From Felis catus (taxonomy: Eukaryota), in the NCBI RefSeq assembly GCF_018350175.1, contig NC_058368.1:51275815-51339814 (forward strand): a stretch of 64,000 nucleotides of DNA. The letters are read 5' to 3'. The notes beneath the pieces were generated by a model. The model saw nothing but the letters and a program-made list of their open reading frames with translations, searched no databases and had not been told where the DNA came from. Shown piece after piece: positions 35,801-47,873 of the stretch. Numbering within the stretch: the stretch's first letter is position 1; each line of letters opens with the position of its first letter. The translations under genes were made by a program, and so were the position numbers.

Positions 35801-38800
35801 TGCTTAGGAATTTGTCCATTTCTTCCAGGTTGTCCAGTTTGTTGGCATATAATCTTTCATAGTATTCCCTGATAATTGCTTGTATTTCTGAGGGATTGGT
35901 TGTAGTACTTCCATTTTCACTCATGATTTTATCTATTTGGGTCATCTCCCTTTTCTTTTTGAGAAGCCTCGCTACAGGTTTATCAATTTTGTTTATTTTT
36001 TCAAAAAACCAACTCTTGGTTTCATTGATCTGCTCTACAGTTTTTTTTTTTTTTAGATTCTATATTATTTCTGCTCTGATCTTTATTATTTCTCTTCTTC
36101 TGCTGGGTTTGGGGTGTCTTTGCTGTTCTGCTTCTATTTCCGTTCGGTGTGCTGTTAGATTTTGTATCTGGGATTTTTCTTGTTTCTTGAGATAGGCCTG
36201 GATTGCAATGTATTTTCCTCTCAGGACTGCCTTTGCTGCATCCCAAAGCGTTTGGATTGTTGTATTTTCATCTTCATTTGTTTCCATATATTTTTAAATG
36301 TCTTCTCTAATTGCCTGGTTGACCCCCTTCATTCTTTAGTGGGGTGTTTTTTAACCTCCACGCTTTTGGAGGTTTTCCAGACTTTTTCTTGTGGTTGATT
36401 TCAAGTTTCATAGCATTGTGGTCTGAAAGTGTGCATAGTATGATCTCAGTTCTTTTATGCTTATGAAGGGCTGTTTTGTGGCCCAGTATGTGATCTCTCT
36501 TGGAGAATGTTCCATGTGCACTCAAGAAGAAAGTATATTCTGTTGCTTTGGGATGCAGAGTTCTAAATATAACCGTCAAGTCCATCTGATCCAATGTATC
36601 ATTCAGGGCCCTTGTTTCTTTATTGACCGTGTGTCTAGATGATCTATCCATTGTTGTAAGTGGTGTATTAAAGGCCCCTGCAATTACCACATTCTTATCA
36701 ATAAAGTTGCTTATGTTTGTGATTGTTTTATGTATTTGGGGGCTCCTGTATTCGGCTCATAGACATTTATAATTGTTAGCTCTTCCTGATGGATAGACCC
36801 TGTAATCATTATATAATGCCCTTCTTCATCTCTTGTTGCTGCCTTTAATTTAAAGTCTAGTTTGTCTGATATAAGTATGGCTATTCCAGCTTTCTTTTGA
36901 CTTGCAGTAGCATGAGAGATAGTTCTCCATCTCCTCACTTTCAATCTGAAGGTGTCCTCAGGTGTAAAATGAGTCTCTTGTAGACAGCAAATAGATGGGT
37001 CTTGGTTTTTATCCATTGTAATACCCTATGTCTTTTGGTTGGAGCATTTAGTCTGTTTACATTCAGTGCTATTATTGAAAGATATGGGTTTAGAGTCATT
37101 GTAGAGTCTGAAGGTTTCATGCTTGTAGTGATGTCTCTGGTACTTTGTGGTCCTTGCAACATTTCACTCACAGAATCCCCCTTAGGGTCTCTTGTAGAGT
37201 TGGTTTAGTGGTGATGAATTCCTTCAGTTTGTGTTTGTTTGGGAAAACCTTTATCTCTCCTTCCATTCTGAATGACAGACTTGCTGGGTAAAGGATTCTC
37301 GGCTGCATATTTTTTCTGTTCAACACATTGAAGATTTCCTGTCATTCCTTTCTGGCCTGCCAAGTTTCAGTAGATAGGTCTGCCACTAGTCTTATGGGTC
37401 TCCCTTTATAAGTTAGAGCTTGTTTATCCGTAGCTGCTTTCAGAATTTTCTCTTTACCCTCGTATTTGCCAGTTTCACTATGATATGTCGTGCAGAAGAT
37501 CGATTCAAGTTATGTCTGAAGGGAGTTCTCTGTGCCTCTTGGGTTTCAATGCCTTTTTCCTTCCCCAGGTCAGGGAAATTCTCAACTGTGATTTGTTCAA
37601 GTACACCTTCAGCCCCTTTCTCTTTTCCTCTTCTGGAATTCCTATTATACAGATATTGTTTTGTTGGATTGTGTCACTTAGTTCTCTAATTCTCCCCTCA
37701 TACTCTTGGATTTTTTTTTTAATCTTTTTGTCAGCTTCCTCTTTTTCCATAATTTTATCTTCTAATTCACCTATTCTCTCCTCTGCCTCTTCAATCCATG
37801 CTATGGCTGCCTCCATTTTATTCTGCACCTCATTTATAGCATTTTTTAGTTCCTCATGACTATTGTTTAGTCCCTTGGTCTCTGTAGCAATAGATTCTCT
37901 GCTTTCCTCTATACTTTTCAAGCCCAGCGATTAATTTTATGACTATTATTCTAAATTCCTGTTCTGCTTTATTGCTTAAATTGTTTTTTATCTATTCATT
38001 AGCTGTTGCTACTTCCTGGAGTTTCTTTTGAGGAGAGTTTTTCTGCTTCCTCATTTTGGATAGTCCCTGGGGTGGCATGGAACTGCAGGGCACTTCCCCT
38101 GTGTTGTCTGGAGTAACTTGTGTTGGTGGGCGGGGCCCACAGTCAGACCTGATGTCTGTCCCCAGCCCATGGCTGGGGCCACAGTCAGACTGGTGTGTAC
38201 CTTATCTTCCCCTCTCCCAGGGGCAGGACTCACTGTGGAGTGGTGTGGCCCCTGTCTGGGCTACTTGCACACTGACAGGCTTGTGGTGCTGCTTTGATGG
38301 GATCTGGCCTATTAGCCAGGTTGGATCCGCAAGGTGCACGGGGGCGGGAGGGTCAGGGTTAGCTCACTTTGCCGTCAGTGGTCCCTGTGGGAAGGGCCCC
38401 ACAGCACCAGGAGGGAGGCAGACCCGTGTGAGGGATGGATCCACAGAAGCACAGCGTTGGGTGTTTGTGGGGTGCAAGCAAGTTGGGTGATGGGAACTGG
38501 TTCCATTTGGGTTTACAGCTGGGGGATGGGAGAGGGAGATGGCGCTTGCCAGCGCCTTTATTCCCCACCGAGCTGAGGTCTGTTTTCCCTGGTTCAACAA
38601 CTCTCCCTCTCAATGTCCTCTTGCCCTCCTGCTCTCCAAGCAGAGCTGTTGACTTTAACATTCCAGATGTTAAGTCCCACTGGCTGTCAGAACTCACGGA
38701 GTCTGGCCCCTCGACTTTTGCAAGCCAGACTTTGGGGGCTCTGTCTTGCCAGGCGGGCTGCCCCTCCACCGCCCCTGCTCCCTCCTGCCAGTCTGTGTAG

Positions 38801-38989
38801 TACGCACCACCTCTCCGCCCTTCCTACCGTCTTCTGTAGGCCTCTTATCCACACTTGGCTCCGGAGAGTCTGTTCTGCTAGACATCTGGCGGTTTTCTGG
38901 ATTATTTAGGCAGGTGTGGGTGGAATCTAAGTGATCAGCCGGACGAGGTGAGCCTATCGCCCTCTTATGCCTCCATCTTCCAACAACCT
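32826..38989 (-). mobile_element. Full-length decayed felid LINE-1 (5'UTR, ORF1, ORF2 EN/RT, 3'UTR, A-rich tail)
   Basis: ORF1 coiled-coil fragment at 37505-37921; ORF2 fragments at 33168-37171 ([29 protein letters not shown]); many frameshifts; TSD cctttgtttt(g/a)attctt at 32809-32825 and 38990-39006. Confidence 0.95.
35484..35706 (-). mobile_element. SINEC_Fc inserted in L1 ORF2
   Basis: TSD ttgttgggagattt at 35470-35483 and 35707-35720. Confidence 0.94.
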
Positions 38990-39006
38990 CCTTTGTTTTA
39001 ATTCTT

Positions 39007-39365
39007 AAATTTCACATAAGGAATCATTTAACATTGTCTTTCTCAGACTTATTTCATTCAGCATTATACTCTCTAGCTCCATCTATGTTGTTGCAAATAG
39101 CAAGATTTCATTCTTTTTTATGGCTGAATAATAATATTCCATTGTGTGTGTATATATCCATTTTTAAAATCCATTTCTTTATCCATTCATCTACTGATGG
39201 ACACTTGGACTGCTTCCATAATTTGGCTACTGTAAATAATGCTGCAGTAAATACATGGGTGTATGTATCCCTCTGAATTAGTGTTTTGTATTTTTTGGGT
39301 AAATACCCAACAGTGTTTACTAGATCGTGGGGTATTCTATTTTTAACTTTTTGAGGAACTGCCAT
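39007..39365 (-). mobile_element. Older carnivore L1 3' end, right part
   Basis: ORF2 C-terminal remnant FTAALFTVAKLWKQSKCPSVDEWIKK. Confidence 0.8.
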
Positions 39366-39465
39366 CATTTGTAATTTAATATGTATCAATATTATATTTT
39401 AAATTAAATGTTGTTTCAATAGTACCAAATACAGAATGTATTAGTGTCTTTTAAAAAATACATAC

Positions 39466-39692
39466 AGGGTGCCTGGGTGGCTCAGTCGGTTAGGTGTCTG
39501 ACTTTAGCTCAGGTCATGATCTCATAGTTTGTGGGTTTGAGCCCCACGTCAGGCTCTGTGCTGACAGCATGGAGCCTGGACCCTGGTTCAGATATTGTCT
39601 CCCTCTCTCTCTGCTCCACCCGCCCTCCCCCCCCCCCCCATGCTCTGTCTCTCTCTGTCTCTCAAAAATAAAATAAAACATTTAAAAAAAAG
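39466..39692 (+). mobile_element. Can-SINE
   Basis: Head, internal poly-C, A tail. Confidence 0.9.
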
Positions 39693-39865
39693 TAAAAATA
39701 TATATATATACAAAATTTTAAAATGTGTTCCTTCATCGATTTATTCAACCACTTTATATTAAAGGCCTTCCCTCTGTGTGCATATATGAACACTTTTTTA
39801 TCCTTCCCTTGAATCACTATAGCTCCCAGCTAAATGTAAAAAACAAACAATAAAACATATAACTT

Positions 39866-40088
39866 GGAGGGAGCCTGCGTGGTTCAGTTGGTTAAGTGTC
39901 CGACTTCAGCTCAGGTCATGATCTTGCAGTTCATGAGATCAACACCAGCCCCCCCCCCCCCGCCCCCCATCAGGCTCTGTGCTAAGCTCAGCGTCTGGAG
40001 TCGGCTTCAGATTCTGTGCTTCCTGCACTCTCTCTGCCCCTGCCCCGCTCACCATCTGTCTCTTTCTAAAAATAAACATTAAAAAAAA
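39866..40088 (+). mobile_element. Can-SINE
   Basis: Diverged head, internal poly-C, A tail. Confidence 0.88.
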
Positions 40089-40265
40089 TAATAACTTGGA
40101 AAATTAGGTGCTAATTAATATAAGTCCTTACACAATTTTTCAGCTTCCTCTATTGACAAATATAAAGACAGTACTGCAAGTGGACTCTAAACACTTGCTT
40201 TTTCTAAAATTTTATTAGTAATAATAGTGCTTTGATGACTATTAATTTAATTCTGATATAATTAC

Positions 40266-40410
40266 CTTCATATTGGGGACATGTACTACATCCCCATATT
40301 GGTCTTTTGTTTGAACAGTTATGGTGGTAGGCCAACCACAACGAATATCATCCTTGTTCAGGATCAAAGATGTTTTCTGAGGATCAGCATAGGAATCTGG
40401 TTGAAGCCAC
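40266..40410 (-). CDS. MYCBP2: MYCBP2 exon, filamin-type repeat N-part (WLQPDSYADPQK...TKDQYGDVVHVPNMK)
   Basis: 145 nt, ag/gtaatt, phase 2-0. Confidence 0.95.
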
Positions 40411-40987
40411 CTAGCAGTGATGAAAAAACAAGCAAAAAAGTAAACATTCATAAATATCTTCAATGATTAAGCCAATGAAATTAAGCCAAATGAGTAACAT
40501 TTGTACCAAATAGTATCTTCATTTCCAATTCAGTGACAATCACAAGTGTCTCCCTTGCAAATTGTTAATAACGCATTCATTAAAAAAATATGACAAAGTA
40601 CAGGAGGTTTCTGATGTTTTTGTAAATAGAAATAATTTTAAAATCAGAAAACTTGAAATTTTAACTACAGCTGACACAAAATAACCAAGAAAACAAATTT
40701 AGGTTGTGTATATTTGAAGTCCCAGTACACTCATGCTTACTGAGGGAGGTCTGCCCGGATTTCCCAGCCTGAAAATCTGAGAAAGAACAACTCATCTGTA
40801 AAAGCAGTGATAGTAATGGCATTCTGCTGCCTGAGAACAGCTAGGTTAAAGATGTACTGTTCATCTCCTGTTCATCCAGTGTCTCAACTATCTTCCCTAT
40901 TACCTTCCCTTCCATGTAAATTTTGCCAAATTTCTACACTTTGGGATACCCATTCTTCTTTTTTTTTAATAGAAGAAACTGATAATC

Positions 40988-41193
40988 TTTTTTTTTAATG
41001 CTTATTTATTTTTGAGAGAGAGTGTGCACAAGTGGGGGAGGGGCAGAGAGAGAGGGAGACAAGGAGTCTGAAGTAGGCTCCAGGCTCTGAGCTGTCAGTG
41101 CAGAGGCTGAAGCAGGGCTTGAACCCACAAGATGCGAGATCATGACCTGAGCTGAAGTCAGGCACTTAACTGACTGAGCCACCCAGGTGCCCC
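40988..41193 (-). mobile_element. Can-SINE
   Basis: Head and tail. Confidence 0.9.
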
Positions 41194-41879
41194 AGGATAT
41201 TCATTCTTGAATTCATTCCATGATCTACATTCAAGTTGTCCTGGGAGATAAGTTATAAGTAATTCTGTCACGCATTATGTAAAAAATGTCCACAAAGTTA
41301 GCAGTGAGGCTGACTTAAAAAAATTCTCTATCCTCCAATCACCATTTTGATTTTTCAAAACTAAAGAGGAATCTCTTTATTTTTAAAATTAGAAATGGGA
41401 AGAAGTAAGACTTCTATATTTACTAGTAAAATCACACAGGCCAGCACATTTTTTCTTTTCATAACAAAAAATAGCAACAAGATAAATGAGAACTCTACAA
41501 CCAACCCCAAATGATTTCATTTAAATTCTAAATATATTTGTATTATTTGTAGGTTTTAAAGAAATCATATTAAAATAACATACGGTGATAAATTTAAGTT
41601 TAGTCTAAAATTCCTAGACTTCTCAATTATACCATGTGCTCCATCTATTTTTTAAATAAATAAAAATTCACCTAGGAAACTATAAAATAATCAACTAACA
41701 ACTACCATATTCTTTAAAGGTATTTTAAAATATTTACCATTTTATACTTCGGCAAGTTCAAAACACATAAACCAGATTCTTCAGGCTTCATTTTAACATC
41801 TTTCCCTTTCATTTCTCTTCAGAAATGAAGAGTGAGGCATGCCCTGAAATAAGTCGCTGTAGCACTTAAAGCACATTAC

Positions 41880-42052
41880 CTTGCAAGCCTCCCACCACTT
41901 GATCCTGGAACACAGGCAATAAAATCATCCAGAAAGGACTGTTCATTGCTTTGGATTTGAAGTGGTAAGTTTCCTTCAAGCGCCTCTAATATAGTTGGTG
42001 AATGAGAAAGAGCTAAACCCTTTCCAAGAATACCAGAATGGGTTTTGCACAC
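41880..42052 (-). CDS. MYCBP2: MYCBP2 exon (VCKTHSGILGKG...VPGSSGGRLA)
   Basis: 173 nt, ag/gtaatg, phase 0-2. Confidence 0.95.
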
Positions 42053-44154
42053 CTGTTGGGTAAGACAATATTCATGTATTTGAAAACATACAATTTTAAT
42101 TACATGAGTTTCTTGAACTTGCACACAATTTTAGGTAGGCCTTTTCGGGGAAAGCATTTTCTCTCCATGCCCCAGTGCTCCTGTAGCCTGCCAAGTAGAA
42201 AACAAACCTCCAGGAGGGAAAAATATGGGATAGCCAGCCTCCTTCCTCCCACCAGAACAAGTGACGTCAGAGACGTGCAGGTTGAGAAGGTGCATCTCTT
42301 CTCGCTCTACTGGGCCAGGGCTCCCTTCTGCAGGCAGCTGTGGAGGCCTCTCACCTTTTGTGTCCCCATTACTGGCATCTTTCATGGGTGGATTATCTTT
42401 GCTCTCTTAGGTGGGTGGCTACCAAGGTCCTGCCTTGGACAACATGTGGATACAAGCCTGACTGTGGCTGCACATAAACTCCATTAGTCTGTCTAAGCCT
42501 CAATTAAAATTAAGAAAAAGAGGCAGATACAACTGAAATTTTAGTTTTCACTGACCTGACAAGCAAACTTTACCTTTTTGAAAGATCTGCTTTAAATGTT
42601 GAAACTCTAGAAACTTTTTAATGACAATGTTATAAATTTTGAAACAAAATAGTTTTCATAGAAAAGGATTATGCTTCCACTACTATGACACTTATACAAC
42701 AGTACCTTCTGCATTCTCTGAGATATACAATTTCAAAAATCATGATCTTTAAAATCAAACAGATTTGAGTTCAATTCCTGACTTTTAGACAAGCACTGCT
42801 GTGCGCTCTTGAGCTAAGAGATTACACACCATTCCTGAATCTGCAAAATGTATAAACTGGTAATCAAATAATATCTCTCTTCTGTAGTTACTGTAAAATT
42901 TAAATTATATAACACATACAAAGTGCACACTATGCTGCCTAACAAGTAGTAGGTATTAGACCACATGACATCTACCTTATGTGCCAAAAATGTGGGCAAT
43001 CTGGGATATGAGGGTTTTTGTCTTTAACAGAAGCACAATAAACATCTCTTTATATCAGGCCTAAATGACATTTTATAAACCATTATAATCTCTGTAAGGA
43101 TAAATAACATATGAACTCCTTGATGGTTCTCTTTAATTAGAATGTTGTCTGATACATACTGTATTTATTAAATCTCTATTGAATTTTTATTTTTTTATCT
43201 TAAAGTACAAAAATTTAACTCTTTTTTAAAAACAAAAACAAAACCTGGTGGGTTTTTAAAACATAGAAGTTTCTTAACATTATTGAGGATATCAGGGCTC
43301 TCTATAATTGGAGCATAGTAATCAAGATCATGGACTTTGTCACCCAATTGCCAGAGGTCAAATTCTAGCCAGCTGCTTACTAGCTATGTGATTCTGGGCA
43401 AGTTACCTAAGCACTCCATGCCTCCTTGTAAATGGAAAATAAGAGTCTCTCATTCATGGGGCCACTATGAGGACTAAATGAGTTAAAATATGCAAAGTGT
43501 TTGGAATAGTACTTGATAAGGTCAGGATCAAATAAATGTTTGTTTTTATTATTACTGCTATGATCAGTTCATCTTGGGAAGTGAATAACATGTAAACAAC
43601 CAGCTATAGGTTAACAGTTGACCTGGATACTAGCCTCTGTCTCCTAATTAGCTGAATTCTTAGACAAGTCACAGAACTTCCTTGAACTTCAGTTATTGTA
43701 ACTATAAGATGCAAGAGAGAATATTGACCTCAAAATGTAAATGCTAAAAACAGATAATATTAAAGATACAATAAAATACTCTATAGAAATTATTTAAGTT
43801 ACTACTACTAACACCCATTTCCCTCTTTTTCTGACCGGTAAATAAAACTTCTTTTGAGATCCAATTTAAATGTCAACAGCTCTGGAAAGCCCTTCCCTAA
43901 ACCCTTGGCACTTGGTAACTTCCTTCTCTGGCAGGATTTATGTTCACTTCAGATTTAACAACCTCCATGCAGCACAGCAAGGACTCACCTGGGTTTCTCC
44001 TATCAAGATATTATAAGTTATGTATTATCTGTCAATAAACAGAATGAAGGACTTAATGAAAGCCCTATATTCAAGAAAAATAAGGTTGATCTGAATGAAA
44101 ATACTGCTTTCAAATCAATGTACAAATTTATCCTTACGATGTTTGTGACAATAC

Positions 44155-44204
44155 CTGCAATGCAGCCTCTTCAAGAATTTCAAGATCTTCCTCTAACTCA
44201 TTAC
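44155..44204 (-). CDS. MYCBP2: MYCBP2 exon (NELEEDLEILEEAALQ)
   Basis: 50 nt, ag/gtattg, phase 1-0. Confidence 0.93.
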
Positions 44205-44255
44205 CTGTTGTGTAAATGAAAAGTTTTAGTAACATATATTAATACTTAGTTTAAC

Positions 44256-44322
44256 TTTTTTTTTTTTTTTAGTTTATGTATTTATTTTGAGAGCAAGAGC
44301 AGGGGAGGTGCAAAGAGAGGGG

Positions 44323-44370
<48 letters not shown>

Positions 44371-44495
44371 CTCAAGCAGGCTCCATGTTGTCAGCGCAGA
44401 GCTGGACATGGGGCTTGAACTCATGTACCGCAAGATCATGACCTGAGCCGAAATCAAGAGTAGGATGCTTAACCCTCTGAGCCACCCAGGCACCT
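44256..44495 (-). mobile_element. Can-SINE
   Basis: TSD acttagtttaact; long (GA)n on plus. Confidence 0.9.
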
Positions 44496-44681
44496 CACTT
44501 AGTTTAACTCTCTAGTCCTCTGCATTTATTCACACCTTTTTCACAATTCTGATATTCCAGATTGGAAAGAACTATTACCATTCTGGATCAGTGCTTTATG
44601 TTTTAAAATGTAATTTTCAGTGTAAATATAAGGCTATAATTCTCAAGGCAATACTCAAAAGGTATCTACCAAGTGATGTGC

Positions 44682-44682
<1 letters not shown>

Positions 44683-44728
<46 letters not shown>
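44683..44728. repeat. (CA)n microsatellite
   Basis: Uninterrupted CA run. Confidence 0.97.
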
Positions 44729-44730
<2 letters not shown>

Positions 44731-44956
44731 CATTTAGGCATATAAATGTGCACTTTTGAATTTAGTGTATTCAAATTCCCCTCTACCCTCCAAAATGAAG
44801 GAACTAATTACTCAGAATCTGGGCCTTTTTATTTTGGTTATCTTATACAAGAGCTATTTATACCTTTAGTAAAAAGAGTAATTTACAGGAAAACATAAGA
44901 TAGTGAGTGTATCCTCCATCCATTTTCTCCTTTATTGCTTCATATAAAACACATTT

Positions 44957-45167
44957 AGGGGCACCTGTGTGGCTCAGTCGGTTAAGCGTCCGACTTCATC
45001 TCAGGTCATGATCTCATGGTTTGTGAATTCAAGCCCCATTGTGGGTTCTGTGCTGACAGCTCAGAGCCTGAAGCCTGCTTCAGATTCTGTGTGTCCCTCT
45101 CTCTCTGCTCCTCTCTGCTCATGCTCTGGATCTCTTGCCTTCAAAAATAAAGCAACATTAAAAAAAA
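44957..45167 (+). mobile_element. Can-SINE
   Basis: Head and A tail. Confidence 0.9.
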
Positions 45168-46986
45168 CCCAACCATATTTATTGAATTTGCTTTGATAGT
45201 TTAATTAATTTAAAAACTATTACGAAGGTAATACGTGTTCAAAAGGAAATATTCAAATTTTGCAGAAGTGTAGAATGAAAAATTCTCCTACCTACCTCCT
45301 TCTGAAAATAAAATGTCAACAGTTTATGTATTATTCAAGAAACTTTGTGTGAAAATAAGTACATGTGTGTGTGTGTCAACATATATACTCATGCACACAT
45401 ACACATATATTATATATATATAACATAATATTCACGAAGAATGGGACCCTCTTCTGAAACTTTTCTCAGTTAACATAATTAGGAATTCTTCTTGGTCAGA
45501 ACATAGAAATCTCTTTTTGTTGTTGTTTTTTAACAGTCTCATGTATTCCCCTTGTGTGTATCATTACTTATTTAACCAGTTTCCAACTGATAGATATTTT
45601 AGTTGCTTCTATGTTTTACAATCACAAGCACTGCTATATTAGTATCTCTCTTACAACATATATTTTTTAAGCATTTGTGCAAGTACATACAAAAATTGCT
45701 GTATCAAAAAGTATACGGCATGTAAAATTTGAACAGGTATTAACAAATTTCCTCCAAAGGCTACACCCATTTCCTTCATATAAAGAGAACACAACATGTC
45801 TCATTTCCTCATACCTGTGTCAACATTAAGTAGGAGCAGGGGAACTGAGAAGCATGGAAGGGAGCAGGAAAAAGGGAAGGAAGAAAAGAGCAGAGAATGA
45901 GAAGGGAGGAAGGAGGGATGAGATGGAAAGGGTAGTCTTTGAGGGAGGAGCTACAAATGAACTTCTGAGGGTGAGAACTGGGGAAATACAATAATAATGT
46001 CTTTTACTCCCAAACACTGTGAAGATAAATGTTAAACCACGTCTAAGCATCATAGAATCAGTAAATATTTCTAACCTTAGTTTCATCTTTACCATCCTGA
46101 TCATAAATTGATTCACATACCACACAAATTTGTATCATTTTATAAAGAGGTATTGTTCCTGCCACTACCTCATTTCTCTCCTGTGCTTCACAGGAAAATT
46201 CTTCTAAAGAGCTATCTATGTTTAACCTGCGTCTCTTTTCTGACCATCCATTCTCTCCCTCTACTCTAAAGGCCTTATGTTTCTCTCATCTCACTGATAT
46301 ATTTCTTATTGAGAATATATGTAACCAACAAGTCTCTCCATCCAATGGTAGATTTTAACTGACTTCTCAACTACATTAAAAAATCCCATCAATGTCCATT
46401 TTCCTGGTTTTACGCCTACCTCCTTCGCTGCTGTACCAGTCTTTTTTACATGCTCTTCCTCCCGTTCTGTCCATTTTTGACACTTTGGCAGTCCCACCTC
46501 TGATCCTGGGCTATCTTCTCTTTCTCATTTGCATTCTCTTCCTAGCTCATCTTTCACATGGTCCCATGCCTTTAAATTTCAACTATGTTCAAATGACATT
46601 TCCTTTGACTTGTGCCCTGAGCGTCAGGCAATGAATATCCAACTATCCAGTTGATATGTCCACAAGGATATTTAAGAAATTATCTTAAAACTTTTGGTTT
46701 ACTATTATGTACCTAATGTTTAACCCAGTGTCTGACACACAGCATGTATGTGCCTAAGGAGGGTTTGTGTGCATGTCTGTGTGTGAATAGAAAAGACTAG
46801 AGGATACTCTTCAATCTTCAGTACAGAAAACCCAAACTACCAGCGTATTAAACAGTTATTACTCATGAATGTATGGGACTATTGAACTCATTTTGCTAAT
46901 TTATTTCAGAATGCCCTAAAATAAACATATTCTACTCTTGAAATTTTTAACAAAATCATAAACACCTAATACTTGACCAGACTTAC

Positions 46987-47074
46987 CAATAGGAAGTGCT
47001 AGATCCTTTTTCATCAAAGCGGCTGCACAAACTCCGCCAAGATTGGCTAATTCTTTTTCCAACTGAATGACACC
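46987..47074 (-). CDS. MYCBP2: MYCBP2 exon (GVIQLEKELANLGGVCAAALMKKDLALPI)
   Basis: 88 nt, ag/gtaagt, phase 0-1. Confidence 0.95.
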
Positions 47075-47086
47075 CTGGAGAATCCC

Positions 47087-47149
47087 AAAAATAAAATAAA
47101 ATAAAATAAAATAAAATGAAGTGAAATGAAATGAAAATAAGATAAAATG
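47087..47149. repeat. (AAAAT)n/(GAAAT)n pentamer repeat next to an exon acceptor
   Basis: Read directly from the sequence. Confidence 0.9.
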
Positions 47150-47754
47150 AGCTGCTTTAAAAAATATTTGGAGGATAAAATATTTGGAAGATAATGTGGA
47201 TTATCAACAAAATGTGATTTGCATCCAAGCATAACTTTTGAAACCAGAAAGAACAGGTCAACTAGTGGTTAAATTAAGAGTGGAAGAGGGTCAATAAAAT
47301 GTCTACTGCATGTTATAAGGTCCAGGTCTACAGGTGCATTGTCCAAAGAATTTGTCATTCATTACTTTGAAGTAACATGATCATTTTTTTCACCTTGATT
47401 TTGTTTCATTGTGTGATTTGAAATATTTAGAATAGAAACTAAATTGGCCCCATTGGGAAAGCAGATTCTATTATTTACTCAGAAAGGTACAGCCACCTGA
47501 GCAGGTTTGGAGCAGGTACAATTATACTTTCTGTTGCAGACTCTATTCTCTTCATGTGTTAAAAGTAGCAAAAACAAACAAACAAACAAAACACTAAAAA
47601 ACAAAAAACACTACACAAAATTAAACTACAAGGTATTTTAAATTATATTCTTTAAATTTCAGGCTTCGTGAACATAGGCAGCAAACACAACTTTAGTCAA
47701 TAGCAGCCCTCAGAAACACAATCTTAACACAATGAGAAGATAATTCATTCCTAC

Positions 47755-47873
47755 CTCATCAGGTCCAGGGCTAAACTCATATCCAATTGCAAAACATTTA
47801 AAACCATAGAAAGAAGCTTTGTCATCTTTCACATAATCTGATGCAGTCTCCAATGAAAAAAGGGCTTCATTTC
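47755..47873 (-). CDS. MYCBP2: MYCBP2 exon (NEALFSLETASDY...YGFKCFAIGYEFSPGPDE)
   Basis: 119 nt, ag/gtagga, phase 1-0. Confidence 0.95.

Noticed and set aside
33168..37921. L1 ORF1/ORF2 as an active reverse-transcriptase system
   Set aside because: Broken into many frames by stops and frameshifts and interrupted by a SINE; an ordinary dead L1
38051..38934. Many overlapping ORFs on both strands
   Set aside because: GC-rich L1 5'UTR, low in stop codons by composition
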